49,730 bases of DNA, taken from NCBI GenBank assembly GCA_043809585.1, contig JBDROZ010000081.1:1-49730 (forward strand), in the 5' to 3' direction. Below are positions 7,261 through 16,128 of this stretch, piece by piece. How positions within the stretch are numbered: position 1 is the first letter of the stretch; every line of letters starts with the position of its first letter. The notes beneath the pieces were generated by a model. That model was not told where the DNA came from and made no database searches. It was given only the letters and a program-made list of their open reading frames with translations. Both the position numbers and the translations under genes were made by a program. The stretch is from Candidatus Eiseniibacteriota bacterium (GTDB lineage: Bacteria > Orphanbacterota > Orphanbacteria > Orphanbacterales > Orphanbacteraceae).

Positions 7261-9483
7261 ATGCGTCGAAGTCTTCCGATAACTATCTTCTTACTCGCGC
7301 TCATCTCGGCCGCGCCGGCCTTGGCGGACTGGGACGTGAACGATCCGTACAAGTGGCTCCAGCGCCCCGATCTCACGCCGATGGGCATCGACGTCAACTG
7401 CTCGATGGGCGCGACCGGTCAGGGCTTCATCCTGGCCGATGATTTCAGGTGCACCGAATCGGGCCTGATCACGGGTGTCCACCTTTGGATGTCCTGGCTG
7501 AACGACTACGTTCCCCACGGGTTCGATCCGACGGACGTAACGTTTATTCTCAGTTTCCATTTTGATATTCCCGATTCGGAGAGCACGACCGGCTACAGCA
7601 TGCCGGGGAACGTGATCTGGTACCGCGCCTTTCAGCCGGGCGAGTTCACCGCACGCATCTGGCAGGAGGGGAGTCCCGAGGGGTGGATGAATCCGCCCGA
7701 GGAGTACTGGTTCCCCGCCGACTATACATGCTGGCAGTACAACTTCCCCATGGGCCCGGCGGGGGGATTCTTCCAGGAGGGAACGCCGGACAACCCGGTC
7801 GTCTACTGGCTCGATGTCCAGGCGATCCCGGGCGACCCGGAGGCCCGCCTCGGGTGGAAGACCTCCATCCAGCACTGGAACGACGACGCCGTTTGGGGAA
7901 TCGGCAATGAGCCTTACTTTGGACCGTGGGGCGAGCTGATCTACCCGCCGAACCACGAGATGTACGGCCAGTCGATCGATCTCGCCTTCGTCATCCAGAG
8001 CGAGGCCCAGCCCCCGGAATTCGACTTCGGTGACGCCCCCGACGGCGTCGCCGCTCCGGGGTACCCGACCTACCTCGCGAACAACGGCGCCCGGCACGTC
8101 ATCGGCGGGCCGTGGCTCGGCGACGCCTCCGACTCCCCCGACGGAGAAGCGGACGGCCAGGCCGATCCGAACGCCCTCGGCGACGATCTCCTCGACGGGA
8201 ACGACGACGAGGACGGCGTCGTCATCCCGGTCATGACTCCGGGCCAGGTCGCGACGATCCAGCTCGAGGTGAACGGCGGCGGCGGCGTGGTCGAGGCGTG
8301 GATCGACTGGACCGGCGACCAGGTCTGGACGGCGGCGGAGCAGGTCTTCGCCGGCTTCCTCGCCGACGGCTTCCACTCGTTCAACGTCGTCCCGCCCGCC
8401 TCGACCCCCCTCGGCCAGACCTTCGCCCGATTCCGTATCAGCACGGGCGGCGGTCTCTCCCCCGCCGGCCCCGCCACGGACGGAGAGGTCGAGGACTACG
8501 AGGTCCTCATCGAAGAGGAACAGGCGTGCAAGTGGATCCAGCGGCCCGACCTCGCGACGACGGGAATCGACGTGAACGACACCTATCCGCACATCCTGGC
8601 CGACGACTTCCTCTGCACCCAGACCGGCCTCGTCACCGAGATCTGGGTGTGGGCGTCGTGGATGAACGACTGGCTTCCCTTCGGACTGCAACCGGACGCC
8701 GTCGACTTCACGCTCAGCCTCCACGGGGATGTTCCCGACTCCCTCAGCCCGACCGGTTACAGCATGCCGGCCGATCCCCTCTGGATCTACCACGTCCCCA
8801 CGGGCGGCTTCACGGTGGAGGTCTGGCGGGACGGGATCGAGGAAGGGTGGATGACCCCGCCCGACTCCTACTTCTTCCCCGGCGACACGGTTTGCTGGGT
8901 GTACAAGTTCCGCATCCCCAACGATCTGGCGTTCGAGCAGCTCGGCACCGAGACCGAGCCGATCGTCTACTGGCTCGACGTGCAGGCCCAGCCCCACGAT
9001 CCGGACGCCTGGTTCGGATGGAAGTCGTCGTGGGAGCACTGGAACGACGACGCCGTGTGGGGGCTCGGTCCGGAGCCGTACTTCGGCCCCTGGTACGAGC
9101 TGATCTATCCGCCCCAGCACCCGTACTGGGGAGAGTCGATGGACCTGGCGTTCCTCATCCAGAGCGACATCGACACCCGGGCGCCGTCCGGTGAAGTCCC
9201 GGACCGGTTCGGCCTCGACCAGAACGTGCCGAACCCGTTCAACCCGACGACCACGATCCGCTTCGAGATTCCGAACGAGGGGGCCCGCGCCACCCTGAAG
9301 ATCTACGACGTGGCCGGGCGTCACGTTCGGACCCTCGTGGACGGCCCGGTCCCGGCGGGCGCGAACGTCGCCGCCTGGAACGGAACGGACGAGAGCGGGC
9401 GGGATCTCCCGTCGGGCGTCTACTTCTACCGTCTCCGGACGGGCGAGCGTGAGACGACCCGGAAGATGCTGCTCTTGAAATAA
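7261..9483 (+). CDS. Secreted modular protein: signal peptide, two copies of a ~215-aa Trp/Asp-rich domain, GEVED domain, C-terminal FlgD-Ig/T9SS-like sorting domain
   Basis: Signal peptide MRRSLPITIFLLALISAAPALA after a GGAGG RBS. KWxQRPDL...ADDFxC...WNDDAVWG occurs twice. DFGDAP...GEVEDY and PNPFNPTTTIRF...SGVYFYRL...KMLLLK are present. Confidence 0.85.
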   Translation: MRRSLPITIFLLALISAAPALADWDVNDPYKWLQRPDLTPMGIDVNCSMGATGQGFILADDFRCTESGLITGVHLWMSWLNDYVPHGFDPTDVTFILSFHFDIPDSESTTGYSMPGNVIWYRAFQPGEFTARIWQEGSPEGWMNPPEEYWFPADYTCWQYNFPMGPAGGFFQEGTPDNPVVYWLDVQAIPGDPEARLGWKTSIQHWNDDAVWGIGNEPYFGPWGELIYPPNHEMYGQSIDLAFVIQSEAQPPEFDFGDAPDGVAAPGYPTYLANNGARHVIGGPWLGDASDSPDGEADGQADPNALGDDLLDGNDDEDGVVIPVMTPGQVATIQLEVNGGGGVVEAWIDWTGDQVWTAAEQVFAGFLADGFHSFNVVPPASTPLGQTFARFRISTGGGLSPAGPATDGEVEDYEVLIEEEQACKWIQRPDLATTGIDVNDTYPHILADDFLCTQTGLVTEIWVWASWMNDWLPFGLQPDAVDFTLSLHGDVPDSLSPTGYSMPADPLWIYHVPTGGFTVEVWRDGIEEGWMTPPDSYFFPGDTVCWVYKFRIPNDLAFEQLGTETEPIVYWLDVQAQPHDPDAWFGWKSSWEHWNDDAVWGLGPEPYFGPWYELIYPPQHPYWGESMDLAFLIQSDIDTRAPSGEVPDRFGLDQNVPNPFNPTTTIRFEIPNEGARATLKIYDVAGRHVRTLVDGPVPAGANVAAWNGTDESGRDLPSGVYFYRLRTGERETTRKMLLLK

Positions 9484-9494
9484 CCCTACCCCGT

Positions 9495-9528
9495 GCCGCC
9501 CGGTCCGCTTCGTCGCGGGCCGGGCGGC
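9495..9528. terminator. GC-rich hairpin between convergent genes (possible terminator)
   Basis: GCCGCCCGGTCCGC-TTCGTC-GCGGGCCGGGCGGC, a 14-bp stem with one G-U pair and no clear U tract. Confidence 0.5.
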
Positions 9529-9587
9529 CTCTGATGATGAGCCCAACGTCCGCCCGCCCGGAAGAACCGCCGCCCGTTGGCGCGTTC

Positions 9588-12185
9588 TCACCGAATGAGC
9601 ACGACCCGCCCGGTCACCCGTTCGGAACCGCTCGAGAGGAGGAGGAGATAGGTACCCGAGGCGGCGGGTTCGCCTTGATCGCTCCGTCCGTCCCAGACGA
9701 CACTCCCCGAACCCGCCGTCACCGGTCGGTCGAAGAGGGTCCGGACGAGCGCCCCCGAGACGTTGTAGATCCGGAGGGACGCGAGTCCACTCCGCGGGAT
9801 CTCGTAGGAGATCCATGTCGAGGGGTTGAACGGGTTCGGGCGCCCGGCGAGGGGGCGCGTCTCCCGCCCGGGGGGCGGCCCGGCCTCCGCGACGAGCGTC
9901 GGGACCGGGGCTCCGCAGCCGCTCACCCAGAAGTCGTCATACCATGCGTTGATGTAGTCCGTCGCGGAGCCGTGATCCCGGAAGCTGAGCGACGCCGACG
10001 GCGTGAAGCTCGCGTTGTACGTCGCCGTGCCGACATACGTCCCCCCGAGCGAGACGGAATACTCCCTCGCGCCCGGATCGACCGAGATCTCGACTTTCCC
10101 CCACGTGTTCGCCGGGATATAGCTCTGGAAGGAAGAGCCGAGGCTTGTGAGGCCGGACCAGTCTCCGTTCTTGTCGTACTTGATCGGATAGGAGGGGTAA
10201 TCGAGGATGATCCCGACGTGGCCGAAGAGGACGAGCCTCGCCCAGTGGAACGAGCTCCAGCGGATCCAGAACGAGATCGTGTATGGATCGCCCAGGTCGA
10301 CATAGGGAAAGGGGGGAGAGGTGAGATCGGGTGAGGCGGCCGTCGCCCCGTCTCCCGAGCCCGACCCGCCCGCGACATAGAAGCTCCAAGGCGCGCTGTG
10401 CGACTGGGTACCGTCGAGAGAGAGGCTCGATGCGCCGGTCGTCGAGATCGTCCAGTCCGAGGCATCCCCGTCGTCCAGGCTGTCGACCCAGAGGAACGCG
10501 CTCGCCATGGCGATCGTGTCGGCGGCCACCGCGCTGTAGAGACCGCGTGAGTTCCGCGCCCTCACCTCGATGACCGATCTCCTTCCCTCCTGGAGGCCGG
10601 GAGCGAAGCTGTAGCTCTCGTCCGCTTCGTCCCAAGCGCCGTCAACGGGCGTCGCGGGCTGCCACGCCCCCCCGTCCAGCCGGTACTCGACGAGGGCGAC
10701 GCTGTTGACCGAGATGCTGTCGCCGGACGAGGATCCGGTGGATTCGCGCATCGGATTCAGGTTCGGCTCCACCTCGGGGACCACGCCGCCGGTGTAGATC
10801 GGCACGACGCCGCAGAGAACCGAATCGGCCGAACTGCCGAGCGAGAGGATCGGCGGATGATCCACGATGTCGGGGATCGAGTCCCCGTCCGTGTCCCGCC
10901 ACCCGATCTGATCCCGCGAGTACTCGCAGACCGCCCCGTTCGTGTACTCGCTCCTCCAGTAGTTCGCCATGATGCAGAGGACCGTGTCTTCGGGCCCCGC
11001 CTCGCAGTTCCCGTTCAGCGCGTTCAGATACCCCGCCCTCTGGGAATCGGAACAGCCGGACGCCGCGTACTCGTCGAGCGCGTAGAACGTGTGCCCCGTC
11101 TCGTGGGCGCACAGGTAGTCGGTGTCGTCGTTCCCCCACGGTCCGTTGTCCCAGGTCATCACGAGGAACGGCCCGCCGAAGTAGGAGTAGTCGAACTTCT
11201 TCACCCCCAGCCCGTCTGCGGCGAACCGCCCGTCGCCGTCGTTCTTCGAGTTGACGATGAAGAGCGTGTTGAACCACGTCTCGTTCGCGGAGACGAGGTA
11301 GTTATTGTCGAAGGACCGGACCTTCGAGAAGTAGTTGGCCCCGCCGTAGCCGAGCGTGTCCATCAGGTCATCGACCCAGATCGACTCGAAGTTCCAAGGG
11401 TGGGTGATCGGCTCCCACGGGGTGGGCACCTCCCAGGTGGTCGCCGCGACGACCGAGATGCGGGCGGGGCCGTACCGGGCCGCCCACCACTCGATCCCCT
11501 CGAGGCACTCGACGAGCATGGTCGTCATGTCGGCCTGCAACCAGTCCTCGCTGCTCGCGTCGATGTCCCCGTTCGATTCGGGAAAAACGAAGTTCACGTG
11601 GAATCTCTCGTGGCGGCTGTTCGCTCCGTCCAGGATGAAGTACTCGCTCGTCGAGTGGAACGTCGCGCCGTACCCCTTCTTCTCCGCGGAGAAGGCCTCA
11701 CTCCGATACTCGGCGGGCACGGCGATGCCGCAGGCGTAGTCCCGTTGCGGCGCCGGCTCGACGCCGGGCGGCGGCTCCTGGTTCCCGATCCCCAGGTAGA
11801 GCCTGTTCCAGATCTCGATCCCCGCCTCCCGGTCCCGGTCGAGAGGGCCGTACGAGCCCCGCTCCGCCGGCCCGTACCGGATATCGAGCACTTCCGGCAT
11901 CGAGCGGATCCGCTCCGCCTTCTCCTCCGGGAGGAACGCGAAGAGCGCGGCCGGGCGGAAGACGGAGGCGACACGGCCCCCTTCTCCCTCCACCGCCTTC
12001 TCGACGGCCAGACAAGACGGGAGGGTCGTCTGCGAGAGAAGAATAAGAGCCCGCGGCCCTTCCGGCGCGGTCCGGTCGGGCGTGAAAGCGTTCGCGTCCC
12101 CGGCGGCGAGAACGGCGCACAGAACCAACCACACCGCGAACGCCGGGCGTGTGATCAGACGGACGGCGAATCTCCTCGTCTTCAT
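9588..12185 (-). CDS. Secreted zinc metallopeptidase-like protein (HExxH...D) with C-terminal FlgD-Ig/T9SS-like domain
   Basis: Start MKTRR after a GGAGG RBS, signal peptide, AHETGHTFYALDEY zinc motif, CIMAN possible Met-turn, and PNPFNPSTWISY...WDGRSDQG C-terminus. Confidence 0.8.
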   Translation of the reverse strand: MKTRRFAVRLITRPAFAVWLVLCAVLAAGDANAFTPDRTAPEGPRALILLSQTTLPSCLAVEKAVEGEGGRVASVFRPAALFAFLPEEKAERIRSMPEVLDIRYGPAERGSYGPLDRDREAGIEIWNRLYLGIGNQEPPPGVEPAPQRDYACGIAVPAEYRSEAFSAEKKGYGATFHSTSEYFILDGANSRHERFHVNFVFPESNGDIDASSEDWLQADMTTMLVECLEGIEWWAARYGPARISVVAATTWEVPTPWEPITHPWNFESIWVDDLMDTLGYGGANYFSKVRSFDNNYLVSANETWFNTLFIVNSKNDGDGRFAADGLGVKKFDYSYFGGPFLVMTWDNGPWGNDDTDYLCAHETGHTFYALDEYAASGCSDSQRAGYLNALNGNCEAGPEDTVLCIMANYWRSEYTNGAVCEYSRDQIGWRDTDGDSIPDIVDHPPILSLGSSADSVLCGVVPIYTGGVVPEVEPNLNPMRESTGSSSGDSISVNSVALVEYRLDGGAWQPATPVDGAWDEADESYSFAPGLQEGRRSVIEVRARNSRGLYSAVAADTIAMASAFLWVDSLDDGDASDWTISTTGASSLSLDGTQSHSAPWSFYVAGGSGSGDGATAASPDLTSPPFPYVDLGDPYTISFWIRWSSFHWARLVLFGHVGIILDYPSYPIKYDKNGDWSGLTSLGSSFQSYIPANTWGKVEISVDPGAREYSVSLGGTYVGTATYNASFTPSASLSFRDHGSATDYINAWYDDFWVSGCGAPVPTLVAEAGPPPGRETRPLAGRPNPFNPSTWISYEIPRSGLASLRIYNVSGALVRTLFDRPVTAGSGSVVWDGRSDQGEPAASGTYLLLLSSGSERVTGRVVLIR

Positions 12186-12613
12186 CGTACCTCCCCCTCT
12201 TTCCTTCCGGCGCGCTCCGCGCCTCTTCCGATCTCTCCCCGGCCGGCCGCGAGCGCGTCCACGACTTCGAGGAGACGCGCCGGGTCGAACGGTTTTGTCA
12301 GGTACCCCTCCACGCCGCGGCCCTCCAGATCCCGCCTCACCTCCGGGCTCTCGTCGGCGGTCAAGACCACGACAGGCACGGCGGGGAAGCGTTCCCGGAG
12401 AAGGCGGTGAATGCGAACCCCCTCGCTCGGAGAGTCGGGCTCCGGGGGGAGATGAAGATCGAGCAGCACGAGGTCGACCGGCCCGGCGGCGGCCGCTTCG
12501 GCCGCCTCGCGGAAATCGCCCGCCTCGCGGATGTCGTAGCGGCTCCGGAGGGCATGGCACACGAGACTCCGGGCTTCCTTCTGGTCGTCCACGACAAGCA
12601 CCGTCTTCCTCAT
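12182..12613 (-). CDS. Single-domain response regulator (REC)
   Basis: VLVVDD, DLVLLDLHLPP, VVVLTA and YLTKPF motifs. Confidence 0.88.
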   Translation of the reverse strand: MRKTVLVVDDQKEARSLVCHALRSRYDIREAGDFREAAEAAAAGPVDLVLLDLHLPPEPDSPSEGVRIHRLLRERFPAVPVVVLTADESPEVRRDLEGRGVEGYLTKPFDPARLLEVVDALAAGRGEIGRGAERAGRKEGEVR

Positions 12614-12686
12614 GATCTTGGTCTCTCCGAGGTCGATCCCTCCGGCAGCTTTCTCGGGGCCGAAGGGACGTTCTCCTTCCCCCCTG

Positions 12687-12702
12687 AGCAGCCGGCGTGC
12701 CA
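12687..12702 (-). promoter_or_regulatory. sigma-54 (-24/-12) promoter
   Basis: TGGCAC-GCCGG-CTGCT on the minus strand, with an IHF-like TAACTCATTGAAA at 12721-12733. Lies directly downstream of an enhancer-binding protein gene. Confidence 0.65.
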
Positions 12703-12876
12703 CCGAAGAACCCGCACCCATAACTCATTGAAAATCAAGGTAATCGGTGGGTAGGACCGACCGCGCGACGGGGAGGGGCGCTGAATTTTCCGTCCTCGGC
12801 CCGTGAGAAATCGAGGGGATGCCGTGAGTTTGTCAAGGCCCCGCCCGAAGAGACCCCGAGCGCGCTATCCGAGCGG

Positions 12877-14289
12877 TCAACCGATCCGGTGCTTCCGGCA
12901 GAGGTAGTGGATCTGATTCTCGTCGAGGCCGAGGAGGCGCCCGGCGGCCGCCTTGCTTCCGCCGCTCTTTTCGAGGGCATCCTCGATGAGCCTCCGCTCG
13001 AAAACGGCGACCTTCCCCTTGAAGTCGGAAGGAGTCTCCGGCGCCGAGGCCCCGGCGGCGGGGGCCCCCTCCTCACCCTTCCCTCCCCCGAGCCCGGGAG
13101 CCGGAGGGGGAGGAAGGACGAGATCGGAGGCGTCGAGGAGGTCCCCCTCGGCCAGGACGAGGGAGCTTTCGAGAACGTGCTTCAGCTGGCGGACGTTCCC
13201 CGGCCAATCGTACCCTTCGAGAAGAGAGAGGGCCCCTTGGGTCAGGCGGGCCGCCCCCCGGTTCATCTCCCGGCCGATGCGGAGGAGGAGATGCTGGGCG
13301 AGGGGCGCGATGTCCTCCCGCCGCCCGCGCAGGGGGGGGATCTCCACCGTCGCGACTTGGATCCGGTAGAGGAGGTCGGCCCGGAAATCGCCCGACCGAA
13401 CGAGCCGTCCGAGGTCCTCGTTCGTCGCGGCGACGAGGCGAACGTCGACATGCACTTCGTCGTTCGAGCCGACCGGCGTGTACGAGCGGTTATCGAGAAA
13501 GAGGAGCAGCTTGCTCTGAGCGGCGAGGCTCAGGTTCCCGATTTCGTCGAGGAAGAGGGTTCCCCCGTCCGCCATTTCGATCCGGCCTCTCTTCGCCGCC
13601 TCCGCGCCTGTATACGCCCCGCGCACATGGCCGAACAGCTCGCTCTCGATCAGCGAATCGGGGATCGCCGCCCCGTCGACCACGACGAAGGGGCCCCCCT
13701 CCCTCGGGCTTCCGTTGTGGATCGCCCGGGCGACCGCGCTCTTCCCGGTGCCGCTCTCCCCGAGAAGGAGGACCGAGGCGGTCGAGGACGCGAGTCTTTC
13801 GAGCTTCCGGAAGAGCCGGCGCATCACCCGGCTCTCGCCGACGAGATTGCCGAAGGAGTACCGCTCCCGGAGGGCGCTTCGGAGGCTCACGAGCTCGCTC
13901 TCCAGGCGGGCCCGCTCGAGCGCCCGAGAAACGACGATCCGGAGAACCTCCGGTTCGATCGGCTTGACCAGAAAATCGGCGACCCCCCGGCCGACCATCT
14001 CGAGCGCCGGCTCCTTCTCCCGGTCGCCGGTCACGACCACCACCGGGAGGTGCGGCCTCCGTGCGCGAATCTCCCCTTCGAGCCTGATCCCTTCGGCCGC
14101 GCTCCCCGTGTCGGGAGGCAGGTGGAGATCGAGAAGGACCAGATCGACCTCCTCGCCGGACACGCACCGGAGGGCCTCGTCCGCGTCCCCCGCTTCGAGC
14201 ACCCTGTACTCCCCCTTCAGCGCGAAGTAGAGGAGGCGGCGCGCCGTCTCCTCATCGTCGACAATCAGCACTGTCTTCGCATGTGTCAT
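12877..14289 (-). CDS. sigma-54-dependent response regulator (NtrC family, PrsR-like)
   Basis: REC with LDLHLPPD..S..EG, AAA+ motifs GESGTGKS, ESELFGHVRGAYTGA, GGTLFLDEIG and WPGNVRQL, and a C-terminal Fis-type HTH. Confidence 0.93.
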   Translation of the reverse strand: MTHAKTVLIVDDEETARRLLYFALKGEYRVLEAGDADEALRCVSGEEVDLVLLDLHLPPDTGSAAEGIRLEGEIRARRPHLPVVVVTGDREKEPALEMVGRGVADFLVKPIEPEVLRIVVSRALERARLESELVSLRSALRERYSFGNLVGESRVMRRLFRKLERLASSTASVLLLGESGTGKSAVARAIHNGSPREGGPFVVVDGAAIPDSLIESELFGHVRGAYTGAEAAKRGRIEMADGGTLFLDEIGNLSLAAQSKLLLFLDNRSYTPVGSNDEVHVDVRLVAATNEDLGRLVRSGDFRADLLYRIQVATVEIPPLRGRREDIAPLAQHLLLRIGREMNRGAARLTQGALSLLEGYDWPGNVRQLKHVLESSLVLAEGDLLDASDLVLPPPPAPGLGGGKGEEGAPAAGASAPETPSDFKGKVAVFERRLIEDALEKSGGSKAAAGRLLGLDENQIHYLCRKHRIG

Positions 14290-16118
14290 CGATATCGAGC
14301 CTCTTGCGAGGGAGTGCGCCCGAACGTGACCCGAACCCGGGTGCCGGCCCCCACCTCGCTGTTCACCTCGATCCGCCCCCCCAACCGCACGACCGCCAGC
14401 CTGGCATGGTACATCCCGAGGCCGAGACCCTTCGGCTTCGTCGTGACGAAGGGACGGAAGAGCTTCTCCCGCACGAACTCCTCGCTCATCCCCACCCCTC
14501 GGTCCATCACCTCGAGGAAGTGGGTCGGACCGCCCTCCTTCCCCCGGCCCGGCCCGGCGAGGAGACCGGCGCGGACGACGATCTCCCCCCGTCCCCCCAT
14601 CGCGTCGGCGGCGTTCGCCACGAGGTTTTCCACCACCTCCCGGAGGAGTTCCCGATTCGCGAATACCGTCGCATCCCGATCGAGTTCGACTCGGAAGGCG
14701 ATCTCCGGCCACGTCCCGCCGTACGTCTCGACGAGGGGGCGGAGGAGCCCGCCGAGATCGACAGGCTCCCACACCGTCTCCTCCCCCTCCTCCCGCTTCC
14801 GGAGAAGGAGGGTGAGCGACTCGATCTGGTGCGCCAGACCGCCCAGGAGATCGACCGCCTCGGCGCGGAACTCCGGATCACCGATCCTCTCCTTTAGATT
14901 ATAAATGAGAAGATTCATTTGCGAGGCGACCCCTTTCAGATCGTGGATCACCTTGGCGCTCACCCTCGCGATCGACCTCGACTCGGCCGTCAAGATCAAC
15001 TCGCGCGCCATCTCGTTCAGATGCGATGCGATCGAACCGAATTCGTCATTCCGCTCCAGCCGGATCGTACGCTCCAGATCCCCGCGCGCGATCGCTTCGA
15101 CGCCGTCCGCGATCTCCTCCACCGACCGGCCGATCCCCCGGGTGACGTAGAGGATCCCCCCGACGACGAGGATCGCCATCAGGCCGACGAGGAGAAGGGC
15201 GATGCCGAGGTTCTCCCGGATCCGCTCCTGGTCGGGAGAGAGGGAGAGGGAGGCGCCGATGAACCAGCCTGTGCCGGGATGAATGCCGCCTCCGGAGAGG
15301 AGATCCCCTTTCCGCTCGAACGCCCACCCCCCCTGATCGGCGGCCTGCGACGGGGAGAGCGCTTCTACCGTGGGAGACCCTTCCCCCTCCCCGCGGAGAC
15401 CGATCCGTGGGAGATCCGTGTGGTAGAGAAAAGACCAGCCCGATGTCTCGGTTTCCGGCGCGGCGGCCCATCGGACGTCGGGGACCGTCGACCGGGAACC
15501 TTCGAGAAGCGGCTCGAGGAGAGGGAAGACGGTGAGCTCTTCGACGAGCACCCTCCCGGCGCTCCCCGCCCGCCCGGCCACGGGGACGCCGAGGGCGAGC
15601 CGCGCCCCCCTCGGCCCGAGGAAGGTGACCGGCCCGAGCCGGTCGGAGAAACCCCCGCCGGGAGACGGGCGAAGAACCTGGTAAGGCGGGGGGAGCGATT
15701 CGGCCGGAATCCAACCGGCCACGGTGGCGACCCGACCATCCTCGGTCGGGATCCCCCGGATCTCCAAGGCCGAATCCCCCCCTTCCGGGAGAAGGAGGAT
15801 GCGGGAGACGACGCACGGGTCCTCCTCGAAGCGGGCGACGATCAGTCGGTGCCGGACGATCCATTCGGAAAAGTCGATAGGCCGCTCCGGATCACATGAA
15901 TCGGACCACTCGGCGGCGACCATGCCGAGAAAGATCCTCTCGGTCCCCAGCCTCCTCTCGATCCTCTCCGAAACCGCGTCGAGGTATGATCCGAGCCTCG
16001 ACACGCCCTGCCGTTCCGCCAGGCGATATGTGCCGACAAGGATGCCCCCCGCCACGATTCCGATCGGGAGAACCGCGAGGGCCAAGAAGACCAGGAGGAG
16101 TTTTCGCCGGATCGTCAT
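14286..16118 (-). CDS. Membrane sensor histidine kinase (HAMP, PrsK-like kinase core)
   Basis: Two TM helices, periplasmic domain, HAMP (RNDEFG), H-box HDLK, NLVANAADA and DRGVGMSEEFVREKLFRPFVTTK..GLGLG. Confidence 0.9.
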   Translation of the reverse strand: MTIRRKLLLVFLALAVLPIGIVAGGILVGTYRLAERQGVSRLGSYLDAVSERIERRLGTERIFLGMVAAEWSDSCDPERPIDFSEWIVRHRLIVARFEEDPCVVSRILLLPEGGDSALEIRGIPTEDGRVATVAGWIPAESLPPPYQVLRPSPGGGFSDRLGPVTFLGPRGARLALGVPVAGRAGSAGRVLVEELTVFPLLEPLLEGSRSTVPDVRWAAAPETETSGWSFLYHTDLPRIGLRGEGEGSPTVEALSPSQAADQGGWAFERKGDLLSGGGIHPGTGWFIGASLSLSPDQERIRENLGIALLLVGLMAILVVGGILYVTRGIGRSVEEIADGVEAIARGDLERTIRLERNDEFGSIASHLNEMARELILTAESRSIARVSAKVIHDLKGVASQMNLLIYNLKERIGDPEFRAEAVDLLGGLAHQIESLTLLLRKREEGEETVWEPVDLGGLLRPLVETYGGTWPEIAFRVELDRDATVFANRELLREVVENLVANAADAMGGRGEIVVRAGLLAGPGRGKEGGPTHFLEVMDRGVGMSEEFVREKLFRPFVTTKPKGLGLGMYHARLAVVRLGGRIEVNSEVGAGTRVRVTFGRTPSQEARYR

Positions 16119-16128
16119 CGTCTTCGGC

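Noticed and set aside
7291-9816. 841-aa ORF on the minus strand
   Set aside because: Antisense shadow of the motif-rich secreted protein gene. High GC suppresses stop codons and no recognisable motifs are present.
13603-13635. GAYTGA instead of GAFTGA in the sigma-54 activator
   Set aside because: Common conservative variant, not evidence of a defective activator.
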